The notes: a model not told the origin generated them from the letters alone. A stretch of 43,192 nucleotides of DNA from a bacterium (GCA_021813945.1 JAKAJD010000003.1:1-43192), one strand, 5' to 3'. Positions 1-8,754 are shown, counted from the first letter of the stretch. Translations and numbers: made by a program.

Positions 1-53
1 CAGATCATTGAAGACAACTGTTTGGAATGATAAAATCACACTTGAATTTATAT

Positions 54-125
54 TCCCCGGTGGCGCAACGGTAGCGCGGCGAGCTGTTAACTCGAAGGCT
101 GTAGGTTCGAATCCTACCCGGGGAG
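54..125 (+). tRNA. tRNA-Asn (anticodon GTT), CCA not encoded (followed by CAA)
   Basis: Cloverleaf read directly: acceptor stem TCCCCGG(54-60)/CCGGGGA(118-124), discriminator G125, D stem GCGC/GCGC, anticodon loop CT-GTT-AA (GTT at 86-88), T arm GTAGG-TTCGAAT-CCTAC. Confidence 0.97.
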
Positions 126-1802
126 CAAAGGTGCTAAATTTGAAAAGTTTAAGGCTGTTTGGCTTGTGCTATCAGCCTTTTCTTTAGGTTCGAACATTGG
201 AGATATTTCCGGTACTTCTTGTATTGCTTCTTCAATAAACATTAACGGTTTTTCCAAATCAACACGCACAATTTTGTCTTTTAGAATAAGGTTCGAACCA
301 AGAGCAGCCAGAATCTCCCTTTTCTCTTCTCTTGTTCCGTTTTTGAACCAATGTCTGGCATGGCAAGCGAAGTTAAAAGTCTTTTCTGTCTGTGTAAACA
401 ATTTATTGACTCTATTGTCAGTATCCACGAGCTTTTCTTGCAAGGAGTCTTTTTCTATCAAAAGTGCCTCTTTTTGCGCTTTAAATTCCTCGTCTGTTAA
501 TAATGATCCATCTACATTCTGAGGGGAAATTTTGAGTTTAACTAGATTATCGATGCGTTTTAAGCAATTCTGGTATGTGTTTTGTAAAGAATCGACAATT
601 GAGCTCCTGTCTTCTATTTCTTTGTCAGTTACTTCATTAAGGTACTTAATTGCCCAATCTTTGAACTTTTCTGAAATTTGTATTTTTTCAAGCAGTTGAT
701 CTATTTGTTCTTCCAGGGTTTCTTTCCTAATGCTTCCCTGAGTACATTTCGGATTTTTCCTTTTTGTGCAGTGGTAGTAAATATAGTGTAAAAGTTTGGG
801 CTGGTGCATATTCTCAATTTTTATCTTGCAGTATGGGCACGACACCTTATTATTGGATGAAAATTTCTGGTTGCAAGCCGAGCAAATAATTTGCCATTTC
901 TCCTCGGCCGTTATTGCTGCGTTGCATTCGCCGCATTTTAGGAGACCGACGTAATCAAAGCTATTGGTTTTGGGTCTAGGGCTATCTGTTCGACCTACCA
1001 ATTTTTGAACCCGTTCGAATTCCTCTTTCGTGATCATTGGCTCATGTTTGCCCTTATGCCACTCTCCGCTTCCAGCAGGGTATTCGAAGTATCCATAATA
1101 GAAAGGGTCTGTAAACAGGCGGTAGATTGCACTTCGAGTCATAGGTTTGCCTCCTAACTTTTTGTGTTTTGGTGTTCGATAGCCCCATTCATTGTTAAGC
1201 TTTTCTAGGATTTGTGGTGGGGTATAAGCGCCAGTTATTATCAGCTCCCACGCTTTTCTGATTAGGTTAAAACTGGCAGGATCTTTCTTAATTGTTTTGC
1301 TACCCTTTTCTGCGTATTTATCGTTCATATAGCCTGGCTTTGCTCCGCTAGGGAGCCAGCCATTTTGAGCTTTTTGCTTAAGACCGCGTTTAACATTTTT
1401 GGAAAGGTCGTCAACAAACTTTTGAGCCATACCGAACTCGATATACATAAGGATGCTATTTTCATTAGTCTGGTTAAAGGTTTGGGCTGGCGTCACAATA
1501 TCTATTCCTTGCTCCTTTAATGCCCAAATAATAGAGCCACCGTCAACAGGGTTTCTTGCAAGCCTGTCTAGCTTCCAACAAAGGACGCCTTGGGCTTCTC
1601 CGGATAAAACCTTGGTCATCATTTCAGCGAATACAGGTCTTCCAGGCGCTTTTGCTGATTGTGATTCGGTAAATGTATGAGTAACTTTGATATGAAGCTT
1701 GCTTGCCAACTCCTTTAGCTCTCTTACTTGGGAATCGATTGAAAGTATTTGTCTGTCCTCAGACTCGCTTGATTTTCTTGCGTAGATGAAATATTTACTC
1801 AT
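114..1802 (-). CDS. Large serine recombinase (Int1); stop codon lies inside the tRNA (antisense)
   Basis: N-terminal YARKS catalytic Ser, DRLARN motif, recombinase domain, Zn ribbon (CGEC...CSAC...CPYC...YYHCT), coiled coil; ends LLPG*, the reverse complement of the tRNA 3' end. Confidence 0.95.
   Translation of the reverse strand: MSKYFIYARKSSESEDRQILSIDSQVRELKELASKLHIKVTHTFTESQSAKAPGRPVFAEMMTKVLSGEAQGVLCWKLDRLARNPVDGGSIIWALKEQGIDIVTPAQTFNQTNENSILMYIEFGMAQKFVDDLSKNVKRGLKQKAQNGWLPSGAKPGYMNDKYAEKGSKTIKKDPASFNLIRKAWELIITGAYTPPQILEKLNNEWGYRTPKHKKLGGKPMTRSAIYRLFTDPFYYGYFEYPAGSGEWHKGKHEPMITKEEFERVQKLVGRTDSPRPKTNSFDYVGLLKCGECNAAITAEEKWQIICSACNQKFSSNNKVSCPYCKIKIENMHQPKLLHYIYYHCTKRKNPKCTQGSIRKETLEEQIDQLLEKIQISEKFKDWAIKYLNEVTDKEIEDRSSIVDSLQNTYQNCLKRIDNLVKLKISPQNVDGSLLTDEEFKAQKEALLIEKDSLQEKLVDTDNRVNKLFTQTEKTFNFACHARHWFKNGTREEKREILAALGSNLILKDKIVRVDLEKPLMFIEEAIQEVPEISPMFEPKEKADSTSQTALNFSNLAPLLPG
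122..126 (+). other. attL core (GGAGC) at the tRNA 3' end
   Basis: GAGC recurs at 7130-7133 and 17682-17685 in the same orientation and the same codon phase (CTC = Leu on the minus strand) relative to the recombinase ORFs. Confidence 0.8.
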
Positions 1803-1824
1803 ATCTTAACTCTATTTTTTACGT

Positions 1825-1835
1825 GACTTATAGTC
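1825..1835. promoter_or_regulatory. Single C-box-like operator GACTTATAGTC upstream of int1
   Basis: Palindrome GACT-TAT-AGTC 23-33 bp upstream of the int1 start; matches the paired boxes at 3895-3920. Confidence 0.7.
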
Positions 1836-2313
1836 AACTAAGTGATTTCTTCAGCGCTAACTCTCTCGATTTCTCCTTGAGTTCTTTAATTCTCTTATTT
1901 CTTCTTTCTTCAATAGATTCGTTTTGTTCTGCCCCCTGAGCAAACTGTTCAGCCAATTGAACATGTTCTTCAGTACTGTGATCAGTATTTTCGTATGTCT
2001 GAACCAAATACGTTTCGTCATAAACATAAAGAATAGTCCTTGAAATTCTTTTTATATAACCTTTTTTAATGAGTGACTTTGTATATCCTGATAGTTTTCC
2101 TATCGACCAGTTTGGAAGCAATATGCTCTTGATTTCTCGATAGGAAAGATTAAACGTACGATAATGTCTACTTTTTGAAAAGTAGTTTGCTAATAGTCGA
2201 TATAGTCTTAAGAGTCTGACTTCGGGATCTAATAGGTGAGTTTCGACTAACAAAAGCTTTTTGTGTTCCCGAACGAATCCATTGAAGTTCACGTCTTCTA
2301 TTGTCATTTTCAT
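1834..2313 (-). CDS. Winged-helix DNA-binding protein (Rep N-terminal-like)
   Basis: LSYREIKSIL...SIGKLSGYTKSLIKKGYIKR pattern resembles a wHTH; located directly upstream of the LSR. Confidence 0.6.
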   Translation of the reverse strand: MKMTIEDVNFNGFVREHKKLLLVETHLLDPEVRLLRLYRLLANYFSKSRHYRTFNLSYREIKSILLPNWSIGKLSGYTKSLIKKGYIKRISRTILYVYDETYLVQTYENTDHSTEEHVQLAEQFAQGAEQNESIEERRNKRIKELKEKSRELALKKSLS

Positions 2314-2329
2314 TTTAAAGTTTGCCTTA

Positions 2330-2473
2330 TTAGTTCTTGGGTGGCCTATATATGGTTTTAAAAAAATTTAATAGTCTCGAAGCTTTTTCAATTGCTTCAG
2401 CGTTATTTAACCGGATTCCAAACTCTTGGTAATAGATCGTTTTAAATTCTTCCACGGCTTCCGGTGATGGCAC
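2330..2473 (-). CDS. 47-aa microprotein (not in ORF track)
   Basis: Manual translation from GTG 2473: MPSPEAVEEFKTIYYQEFGIRLNNAEAIEKASRLLNFFKTIYRPPKN*; starts immediately after the DUF5659 stop; positional paralog at 10875-11018. Confidence 0.75.
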   Translation of the reverse strand: MPSPEAVEEFKTIYYQEFGIRLNNAEAIEKASRLLNFFKTIYRPPKN

Positions 2474-2474
2474 T

Positions 2475-2723
2475 TTAGCTTTCTGCATATATCCTGGTTT
2501 TTAGTATTTTGATTTGGTTGAAGTATGATTGGGGATCAACTCTGAGTTTCCCTTGCCAGTAATCATCTATCAGCTTATTTAGTTTTGGTGTTTTTTTAAA
2601 ACGGAAGAGAACTTTAGATGGGTTAGATTTATCGATAGAATCTAAAAAGAAGAACAGTGAAATTGCCGAGGCCAAAGCCATATCGTGCGTACTGAACAGC
2701 TCCATACTTTTAGTAATAGTCAT
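2475..2723 (-). CDS. DUF5659-like small protein
   Basis: FSTHDMALASAI...IDKSNPSKVLFRF...YWQGKLRVDPQSYFNQIKILKTRIY; clearly paralogous to 11021-11275. Family name from recall. Confidence 0.75.
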   Translation of the reverse strand: MTITKSMELFSTHDMALASAISLFFFLDSIDKSNPSKVLFRFKKTPKLNKLIDDYWQGKLRVDPQSYFNQIKILKTRIYAES

Positions 2724-2773
2724 ATGGAGTTAATGATAAAAATCGGGAAAGGAAGTAGATATTACACCAATAT

Positions 2774-3394
2774 TTAAATCTTGGTGTTTAAGATATGCTC
2801 TCTGGCTCTACCGCGTTTGGTAATTTCATGTATTTTCTTTTTGTATCTATTTACTTCAGTGCCAACTGTAGAATAGACGGCCTCAAACGGCAGCTTATTC
2901 TCGTATTCATCTGCAATTTGTGAATGCGTTTTGGTTGTTTTTTCTTTTACTAAAGTGTTTTTTAAAGAAACATTTGTTGTTTTTGCTTTTGGCCTAACGG
3001 GCAAAAAACTTAATTTGTAATAAAACTGTTTTTTATTGTTTTTGATAAACGTAAATAATTCGTTTATCTTTATTTGTTCTCTGATGTTGATCTGAATTGA
3101 GGACCCTTGACCTTTGAGCTCTATAGGTTGGTGCTGGGTTTTTGTGGCTGGTGTAATCCGATTATGGAGTATTAAGTTCATAAAAGATGACAACCAAAAT
3201 AATTCCTGGAGATTATATCTTTGAACTAGAATCAAAGCATTTTCAAAGAGTTTCTGTTTTCCTTTTTTGTTTAGAATTTCAGATTCTTTTCTTGCCAACG
3301 GTAGGAAATCTTCGAGGAAGGGGTCAGACTCTAAAAGTTTAAAGAAGTTTATTTCTTCACGAGAAAGCCCTTTGTGATGAATTTTAATTTTCAT
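2774..3394 (-). CDS. Hypothetical Lys-rich protein, possible DNA-binding regulator
   Basis: 206-aa ORF in the same position as 11356-12207 in element B. Confidence 0.65.
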   Translation of the reverse strand: MKIKIHHKGLSREEINFFKLLESDPFLEDFLPLARKESEILNKKGKQKLFENALILVQRYNLQELFWLSSFMNLILHNRITPATKTQHQPIELKGQGSSIQINIREQIKINELFTFIKNNKKQFYYKLSFLPVRPKAKTTNVSLKNTLVKEKTTKTHSQIADEYENKLPFEAVYSTVGTEVNRYKKKIHEITKRGRAREHILNTKI

Positions 3395-3437
3395 TGTAAT
3401 AATTGATGGAAGACAATTATAAACTAAGCGAGAGGTA

Positions 3438-3884
3438 TTATTTTCTAATTTCGTCGAGCTTCTTTTTAACTTGGTATGGTTTGTCTATGTGTGTAAGAAC
3501 AATCTCTTGAAACGTAGTTCCGGCAGTATTAATAAATAGAGAGCCAGTTTTAGTAAGTATTTTGTCAAAAAATTTTTCTGATATTGTTACATCCGTGATC
3601 TTGTTGTAATCAACACTAATGGTGTTTGTAGAAAGAAGGCCCTTATGGACTAGTATTCTTTTATTAGTAAAAGCATACGCATTGGATTTTTTTAGATAAA
3701 AACCATAATAAATTAAGGCTACGATGAATGTTATTAATCCTAGCCCGAATATGAATAATAGGGGAACGGATATTACACCCCAGATAATTAAATATGTTTT
3801 GGAGTAATTACCGGAGACAGAAAATTCGTATAAGACTTTCTCCTTTTCAGATAACACTTTTTGCCAAATGTCTGTGTAAATCAT
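3438..3884 (-). CDS. Membrane protein with bacterial PH (bPH_2) domain
   Basis: N-terminal TM hairpin then YAFTNKRILVHKGLLS...KITDVTISEK...TGSLFINTAG, the typical bPH_2 pattern. Confidence 0.8.
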   Translation of the reverse strand: MIYTDIWQKVLSEKEKVLYEFSVSGNYSKTYLIIWGVISVPLLFIFGLGLITFIVALIYYGFYLKKSNAYAFTNKRILVHKGLLSTNTISVDYNKITDVTISEKFFDKILTKTGSLFINTAGTTFQEIVLTHIDKPYQVKKKLDEIRK

Positions 3885-3890
3885 GGCTAA

Positions 3891-3925
3891 ATGTGACTAA
3901 TAGTCCGTAGACCAATAGTCCACTT
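3891..3925. promoter_or_regulatory. Tandem C-box operator pair
   Basis: ATGT-GACTAATAGTC-CGTA-GACCAATAGTC-CACTT: two GAC(T/C)-N3-AGTC boxes at 3895 and 3910 (15-bp spacing, central GT), just upstream of the XRE gene. Confidence 0.8.
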
Positions 3926-3945
3926 TAGCCCAATTATGGTTTAAA

Positions 3946-4164
3946 GTGGTAAACAAATCAAGTCCGGTTCAAAAAAAGTTTGGTGAGAGAGTACGAAAGA
4001 TAAGAATTAAGGTAGGAATTTCCCAGGAGCAATTAGGTTTTGAGACGGGTTTGGATCGAACGTATATATCTGGGATAGAAAGAGGAACTAGAAATCCTAC
4101 TTTAAAGATAATTTCTAAGATCGCTAAAGCCCTAAAAGTTTCAGCATCAGATTTAATGAAGTAA
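3946..4164 (+). CDS. XRE-family HTH protein, R-M controller (C-protein)-like
   Basis: SQEQLG...LDRTYISGIERGTRNPTL; the LDRTYISGIER recognition helix is typical of C proteins; C-boxes upstream. Confidence 0.9.
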   Translation: MVNKSSPVQKKFGERVRKIRIKVGISQEQLGFETGLDRTYISGIERGTRNPTLKIISKIAKALKVSASDLMK

Positions 4165-4207
4165 AATAATCACAAAAGTTCACCTTTATTCACTTTTTGA
4201 TACCTAA

Positions 4208-4621
4208 ATGAACAATTTATACCAAAGTGCGATAGAGCTTAGGTATGAGGGGTTAACTTATAGAGAAATCTCCGAAAAGCTGGGGAATGGGTTATCCGAA
4301 CTTACACTAAGGCACTATTTTGCTCGCGATGGCCAGTTACACGATACTTATGAGGAGTACGAGGATGATCAGAATAAATTACGATGTAAGGAAGCAAAAA
4401 CACTTCTACGACGAGAGACTATCCATGCTGCCAGGGCTCTAATAAATACTTTAAACAGAGCGGAAGAAAAAGAAGACTACGCTTTGATTTTAAAGGTAGC
4501 AGCAATGATCTTAGATAGAAGCGGACTGCGGATTCCTAAGGATGAGTTAGGTGGAACCGAACCTGGTGATTATGCTGAGCAGAAGGAGACGAGTGAGCTA
4601 ATAAAATCCATTAAATTGTAA
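4208..4621 (+). CDS. HTH protein resembling a phage small terminase subunit
   Basis: N-terminal HTH (GLTYREISEKL...SELTLRHY), helical middle, AAMILDRSG motif seen in TerS-like proteins. Confidence 0.5.
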   Translation: MNNLYQSAIELRYEGLTYREISEKLGNGLSELTLRHYFARDGQLHDTYEEYEDDQNKLRCKEAKTLLRRETIHAARALINTLNRAEEKEDYALILKVAAMILDRSGLRIPKDELGGTEPGDYAEQKETSELIKSIKL

Positions 4622-4769
4622 CAGCACAGATTTTTTGAATAATAAGCTGTTAGCCTCAAAATTGTTAACTTTCATTAACTTTTAACCCTAAAAAACCTGC
4701 TTTTGGATACCGTAAATTTGGCATACTTGTGCGGACCAACTACGCAAACCAGCACAAGATTTAGAGCTT

Positions 4770-5396
4770 CTACAAATGCCTTCTTATTAGACCGGCAAAG
4801 ATTCCTCTTACTTCGAAATATTTTGGATCGACATATATGTTGTTCAACTTCTTGTTCCGAGGTTGTAGCACTACTTGGCCCAAATGATTCACCCCACCGT
4901 AAATTTTTAAAGTGACTTCACCATCTACAACGGCAACGATCATTTCGTTCTGTTGAGGCACTTTTCGATATTTAATTAGGATTATGTCACTATCCCAGAC
5001 GTCGTCTTCAATCATAGAGTCACCTTTTACTTCCAGAGCATAGTAATCTTTTATGTCTCCTTTGATCATGTAGTCTGGCACATCAATGGGTTCGGGATTT
5101 TCAAACGGCTCAATTGGAGGTCCGGCTGCTATTTTTCCGAGAAGGGGTATTTGAATACTCGTTTGATGTGATAAAGAGGTAAATCCACGAGCTAGATTGG
5201 GGAGTTTTTTTATGTGGCCTTTCTTTCTTATGGCCTCAACCATTTCATGAACAGTTGAGACCGCTTTGCCTTCTTGTCTAGCCAGTTCAGAAAGACTGGG
5301 AGCATAACCGTGTTTGCGGTAGTGCGCAACCATTTTGTCTAAAATTTTCTTTTGTATTGGAGTTAATGGTCTTGGTCGAAGGGTATTGACAGTCAT
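4770..5396 (-). CDS. lexA: LexA-family autocleavable repressor (start reassigned to ATG 5396)
   Basis: LTPIQKKIL...GYAPSLSELA N-terminal wHTH; IPLLGKIAAG Ala-Gly cleavage site; GDSM catalytic Ser; VTLK catalytic Lys. Confidence 0.9.
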   Translation of the reverse strand: MTVNTLRPRPLTPIQKKILDKMVAHYRKHGYAPSLSELARQEGKAVSTVHEMVEAIRKKGHIKKLPNLARGFTSLSHQTSIQIPLLGKIAAGPPIEPFENPEPIDVPDYMIKGDIKDYYALEVKGDSMIEDDVWDSDIILIKYRKVPQQNEMIVAVVDGEVTLKIYGGVNHLGQVVLQPRNKKLNNIYVDPKYFEVRGIFAGLIRRHL

Positions 5397-5541
5397 GATT
5401 TGCGCTTGAGATAATATACCCTGAAATCTTCCGAAAGGTAAGATATCAAAAAAATCCGGGGGAAACCGAATTTGTTTGAAGGACGTTAGTCCTTTTAACA
5501 TTTAATCAATAAATCGGCATCCGGTCAAGGTGGTGATAAAA

Positions 5542-5775
5542 ATGCCAGGCAAGAATCAACATGTAGTTCCAGTAGGAAGTGATTGGGGTATTCGTGGAGA
5601 GGGCAATTCTAGACTTACTTCAGTTTTTGAAAATAAACAAGACGCATTAAAGGTAGGTAGGAAGATTGCAATCAACCAACAAGCAGAGCTTGTTATTCAC
5701 GGCCGAGATGGTCGGATCCAAGACAAGGATAGTTTTGGCCACGATCCAGTCCCGCCAAGAGATAAAAAACATTAA
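5542..5775 (+). CDS. DUF2188 family protein (start reassigned to ATG 5542)
   Basis: HVVP...WGIRGEG...F...QDA...ELVIHGRDGRIQ pattern. Confidence 0.85.
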   Translation: MPGKNQHVVPVGSDWGIRGEGNSRLTSVFENKQDALKVGRKIAINQQAELVIHGRDGRIQDKDSFGHDPVPPRDKKH

Positions 5776-5777
5776 AT

Positions 5778-7103
5778 ATGGATATTCTGACCAAGAAAAT
5801 AGAATCATTCGGTTTTGATGATATAGTGACTTTTTGCAAAGAAGGTCACCGAGAAGATTATCAAATTGATTACAAAAAAGATCTTCCTTCGAATGGTTTG
5901 GCAAAGCACTTCGCCGCTTTTTCGAATTCAAAAGGTGGTTTGATCCTAATTGGTGTTGAAGAAAATAGAATCACAGGTATTCCTATTAAGTGGGATGGTG
6001 TGAATAATGATGCGAAGTCGATTGAAAGGATACATCAGTGGGCTTCAAACGTGGAGCCTTTACCGAGAAGCACAGTTCATGTTACTGAAGAGAAAAACGG
6101 AAAGGTTTTTATATTGATTCGAATATTGGAGGGTGATCGAACACCATACTACGTTCAGAACGATTCAAATCTGTGGGTTAGGACTGGAAATATTAGTACT
6201 CCTATTGATCTTGCGTCCCCTGATTATGCAGAGTTGTTATTTAAGAGAAAAGAGCAGGCTGATATCAGCCGCAATATATTTATAAAACAGACAGCCGATG
6301 TTTATAACGCGGCTTTAAGAAGGGCAGAACGAGAACGTTTGGCGAAGATTGCGAAAGAGGCAGAAGATTACAAAAAGAAAAAAGAAGCGGGAGACCCTCA
6401 ACCCATAATAGATGCATTTGCTGGCGGCTTTCATTCCCACATTTATTCAAATAAACTTGGAAGCCAAGCCTCAATGTGTACTATCATTCTACAGCCATTT
6501 TTCCCAAAGGAGGCATTATTAAAGCCTTCTGAAATAAAAGATCGAATAGTTGAAATTAGAGATTTGCAGAGAACTCCCAGAATGTATTTTCCAGATTTAA
6601 ATGTGTGGCCAATACCTCAGGGAATTTTGCGTTTTGATTGGGGGGAAAGTGATGGACAAATTGACTGTCATCAGATTTACGCTTCTGGTTTGGTTTACTC
6701 TTCAACTGATGTTTTGATGGTAGACCATGAATCTAAGAAAAAACTAATTTACTTGTCTCACGTTTTAGGAAGACTATTTCAAGTTTTGAAGGCGGCTAGT
6801 AATTTTTATCAAATTGCCGGATACCAAGGTGGTGTGGAAGGATATCTGGAGCTGGCTAATACTGAGGATATTAGCTTGGTGGGGTTTCAGCATGAGCTTT
6901 TTAACAGAGATTTGCTGGGTTTAATGCCCAGCTACCAACTTAATTTTTCAGATTTAGATACTTCAAAATTAAGTGACCCTAAAGCTTTCCAGGAATTTTT
7001 CGAGAATTATGTTAAAGAATTTTTCTGGTCTATTGGAAAGCCTGACTTGCACGAGTCTCTAATTAAGAAATTTTTGCAAGATAATCAGTGGCTTGTCACG
7101 TAA
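5778..7103 (+). CDS. Schlafen/AlbA_2-domain protein with an unknown C-terminal domain
   Basis: E...IDYKK...KHFAAFSNSKGGLILIGVEE AlbA_2 signature in the first ~150 aa. Confidence 0.85.
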   Translation: MDILTKKIESFGFDDIVTFCKEGHREDYQIDYKKDLPSNGLAKHFAAFSNSKGGLILIGVEENRITGIPIKWDGVNNDAKSIERIHQWASNVEPLPRSTVHVTEEKNGKVFILIRILEGDRTPYYVQNDSNLWVRTGNISTPIDLASPDYAELLFKRKEQADISRNIFIKQTADVYNAALRRAERERLAKIAKEAEDYKKKKEAGDPQPIIDAFAGGFHSHIYSNKLGSQASMCTIILQPFFPKEALLKPSEIKDRIVEIRDLQRTPRMYFPDLNVWPIPQGILRFDWGESDGQIDCHQIYASGLVYSSTDVLMVDHESKKKLIYLSHVLGRLFQVLKAASNFYQIAGYQGGVEGYLELANTEDISLVGFQHELFNRDLLGLMPSYQLNFSDLDTSKLSDPKAFQEFFENYVKEFFWSIGKPDLHESLIKKFLQDNQWLVT

Positions 7104-8698
7104 CTGGTTCTAACGTTCTCTACTAGGCGGAGCCAAATAGGACGCTCAAGGTATAAATGACCTGTTTGGAGCGTATTGTCAGGCTTTTCTTTAGGTTCGA
7201 AAGTTTTATCTGTAATTTCTTCTTTATTCTGCACTTTCGAATTATTTGTTATTCGTACAGCTTCGGCAAGGAGTTCAAATGTCTTTGAGTATTCAATATT
7301 AAGCTTGCCTTCGTTAAGGGTAAGTTTTGAGAATACCAGGTTGATAAGGGCTCGTTTATCCTCTTCGCTCTTTGCTTTCTCGTATATCTGTCTGGCTCTT
7401 TGGGAAAGCTCGTAAATGTTAATCCCTAATTGGTAGTATTTACTACTTGCGTGGTTGTGCTTTTCCGCAGTTTGGGTGAGTTTATCCAACTCGTCATTCC
7501 ACTGCTTTGATAACCTGTTATACGCCTCTTCGGTGACTTTGCCATCCAGCTTATCAATGTATAACTTATCCAGTCGGTTTCTCAGTAATTCTTGTTTCTG
7601 ATTGAGCTCAGCAATAACAGATGTGTAATATGCAATTTGGTCTTTGTGACCTTCTTTCAAAGCTTTTCTTATCCACTCGACAATTCGGGTATTCTTAATT
7701 TCCAGCTTCTCAAACTCACCAACAATCTGCTTTTCAACTTCATCTTGTGTTACCCAACTCTTTTGTGAACAGTTTTTATAGTGATTACAGTGACCGTAAA
7801 TAATGCCTTTATGTATTTCCCAAGTAATCGTTCCATTGCATTCTTGGCAACGAAGCACCCCCTTAAATCTATAGCTATGTTTGGCGTATTTGGGAGTATT
7901 TTTACTTCTGAGTAGCGACTGTACTTTATAAAATACTTCCTCGGATAGTAATACTGGGTGATTTCCTTTATAGATTTCTCTGTTCCAGCACATCTTGCCA
8001 ATGTAAAACGGGTCACAAAGTAGTCTATGAATTCTGCTTTTAACCACTTTACTTCCACTATCGTTTCTTAAGCCTTCCTCATACATTTTGGTTGTGAGTT
8101 TCTTGAGCGAGTATTCACCGGACGAATACAGCTCAAACATTTTTCTAATGAATCCTGCTTTTTCTTCATCAATAATGTGCGTTTTGTGCCCTTTTTCTCC
8201 TATGGTTTTGTAGCCGATTGGCGGTTTAGTGGGTAGCCAACCTTGAGCAATTTTCTCCTTTTGCCCCTTCTTTACATTCTCCGACAGCAATCTGACATAG
8301 TATTCGGCAGTGGCTACCTTTACTCTCCACATAAACCACTCATGGGACTTTGAGTTTTTGTGTAATATGCAGCCTTCCTTAGCAAGATGAATCTGGTTGT
8401 TATCGTTCTCTAAAACCCACTTATCAATGGTTGGAACATCAGCGAAGTTACGAGTTAGGCGGTCTGTGGTTTCGACAATAACCACGGAAATTTTGAATTT
8501 ACGAATGTAAGCAGCCATCTCATTGAATACTTTTCTTTGAACACTTCCGCTTGCTGATTCTGAAACTGCAAATACTTTTTCAATAGTAAAGTTATTGCGT
8601 CCAGCATAATCCCGAAGGTACTTCTCTTGTGCGGGAAGGGAATAGCCCGTTTCCTCCTGCTCTTTACTCGATACTCTGCAAAATAAAACTGCTTTCAT
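7085..8698 (-). CDS. Large serine recombinase (Int2), currently with a chimeric C-terminal tail
   Basis: FCRVSS catalytic Ser, DRLTRN, recombinase domain, Zn ribbon CQEC...YGHCNHYKNC, coiled coil; reads through the att junction (W-L at 7135-7130). Confidence 0.95.
   Translation of the reverse strand: MKAVLFCRVSSKEQEETGYSLPAQEKYLRDYAGRNNFTIEKVFAVSESASGSVQRKVFNEMAAYIRKFKISVVIVETTDRLTRNFADVPTIDKWVLENDNNQIHLAKEGCILHKNSKSHEWFMWRVKVATAEYYVRLLSENVKKGQKEKIAQGWLPTKPPIGYKTIGEKGHKTHIIDEEKAGFIRKMFELYSSGEYSLKKLTTKMYEEGLRNDSGSKVVKSRIHRLLCDPFYIGKMCWNREIYKGNHPVLLSEEVFYKVQSLLRSKNTPKYAKHSYRFKGVLRCQECNGTITWEIHKGIIYGHCNHYKNCSQKSWVTQDEVEKQIVGEFEKLEIKNTRIVEWIRKALKEGHKDQIAYYTSVIAELNQKQELLRNRLDKLYIDKLDGKVTEEAYNRLSKQWNDELDKLTQTAEKHNHASSKYYQLGINIYELSQRARQIYEKAKSEEDKRALINLVFSKLTLNEGKLNIEYSKTFELLAEAVRITNNSKVQNKEEITDKTFEPKEKPDNTLQTGHLYLERPIWLRLVENVRTSYVTSH
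7129..7144 (+). other. Hybrid att junction: right end of element A and left end of element B
   Basis: GGAGCCA core; the arm GCCAAATAGGACG (7132-7144) is the inverted complement, 11/13, of CGTCCCACTTGGC (17669-17681). Confidence 0.8.
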
Positions 8699-8724
8699 AT
8701 TTTTATAGTTATTTTTAGTATATT

Positions 8725-8754
8725 GATACTATCAAGTAATGTCAACTAATATCA
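8725..8754 (+). promoter_or_regulatory. 10-bp tandem direct repeats upstream of int2
   Basis: GATACTATCA-AGTAATGTCA-ACTAATATCA; the same unit occurs at 12273-12292. Confidence 0.65.

Larger units (their letters stand above)
125..7131. mobile_element. Integrative element A (~7.0 kb), LSR-type island at tRNA-Asn
   Basis: Begins at the tRNA 3' end with an LSR gene pointing into the tRNA; ends at a second GGAGC core (7129-7133); carries HTH regulators, a TerS-like gene and defence-like cargo. Confidence 0.8.

Noticed and set aside
1959-1968. GAACATGTTC as an SOS (Cheo) box
   Set aside because: Spacer is 2 nt rather than 4 and it lies inside a coding region; the lineage's LexA motif cannot be determined from this window.
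7106-7144. Reading this site as an intact attP belonging wholly to Int2
   Set aside because: Its two arms are not symmetric about the GA core; the right arm pairs far better (11/13) with the arm at 17669-17681, so it is better explained as a hybrid junction.
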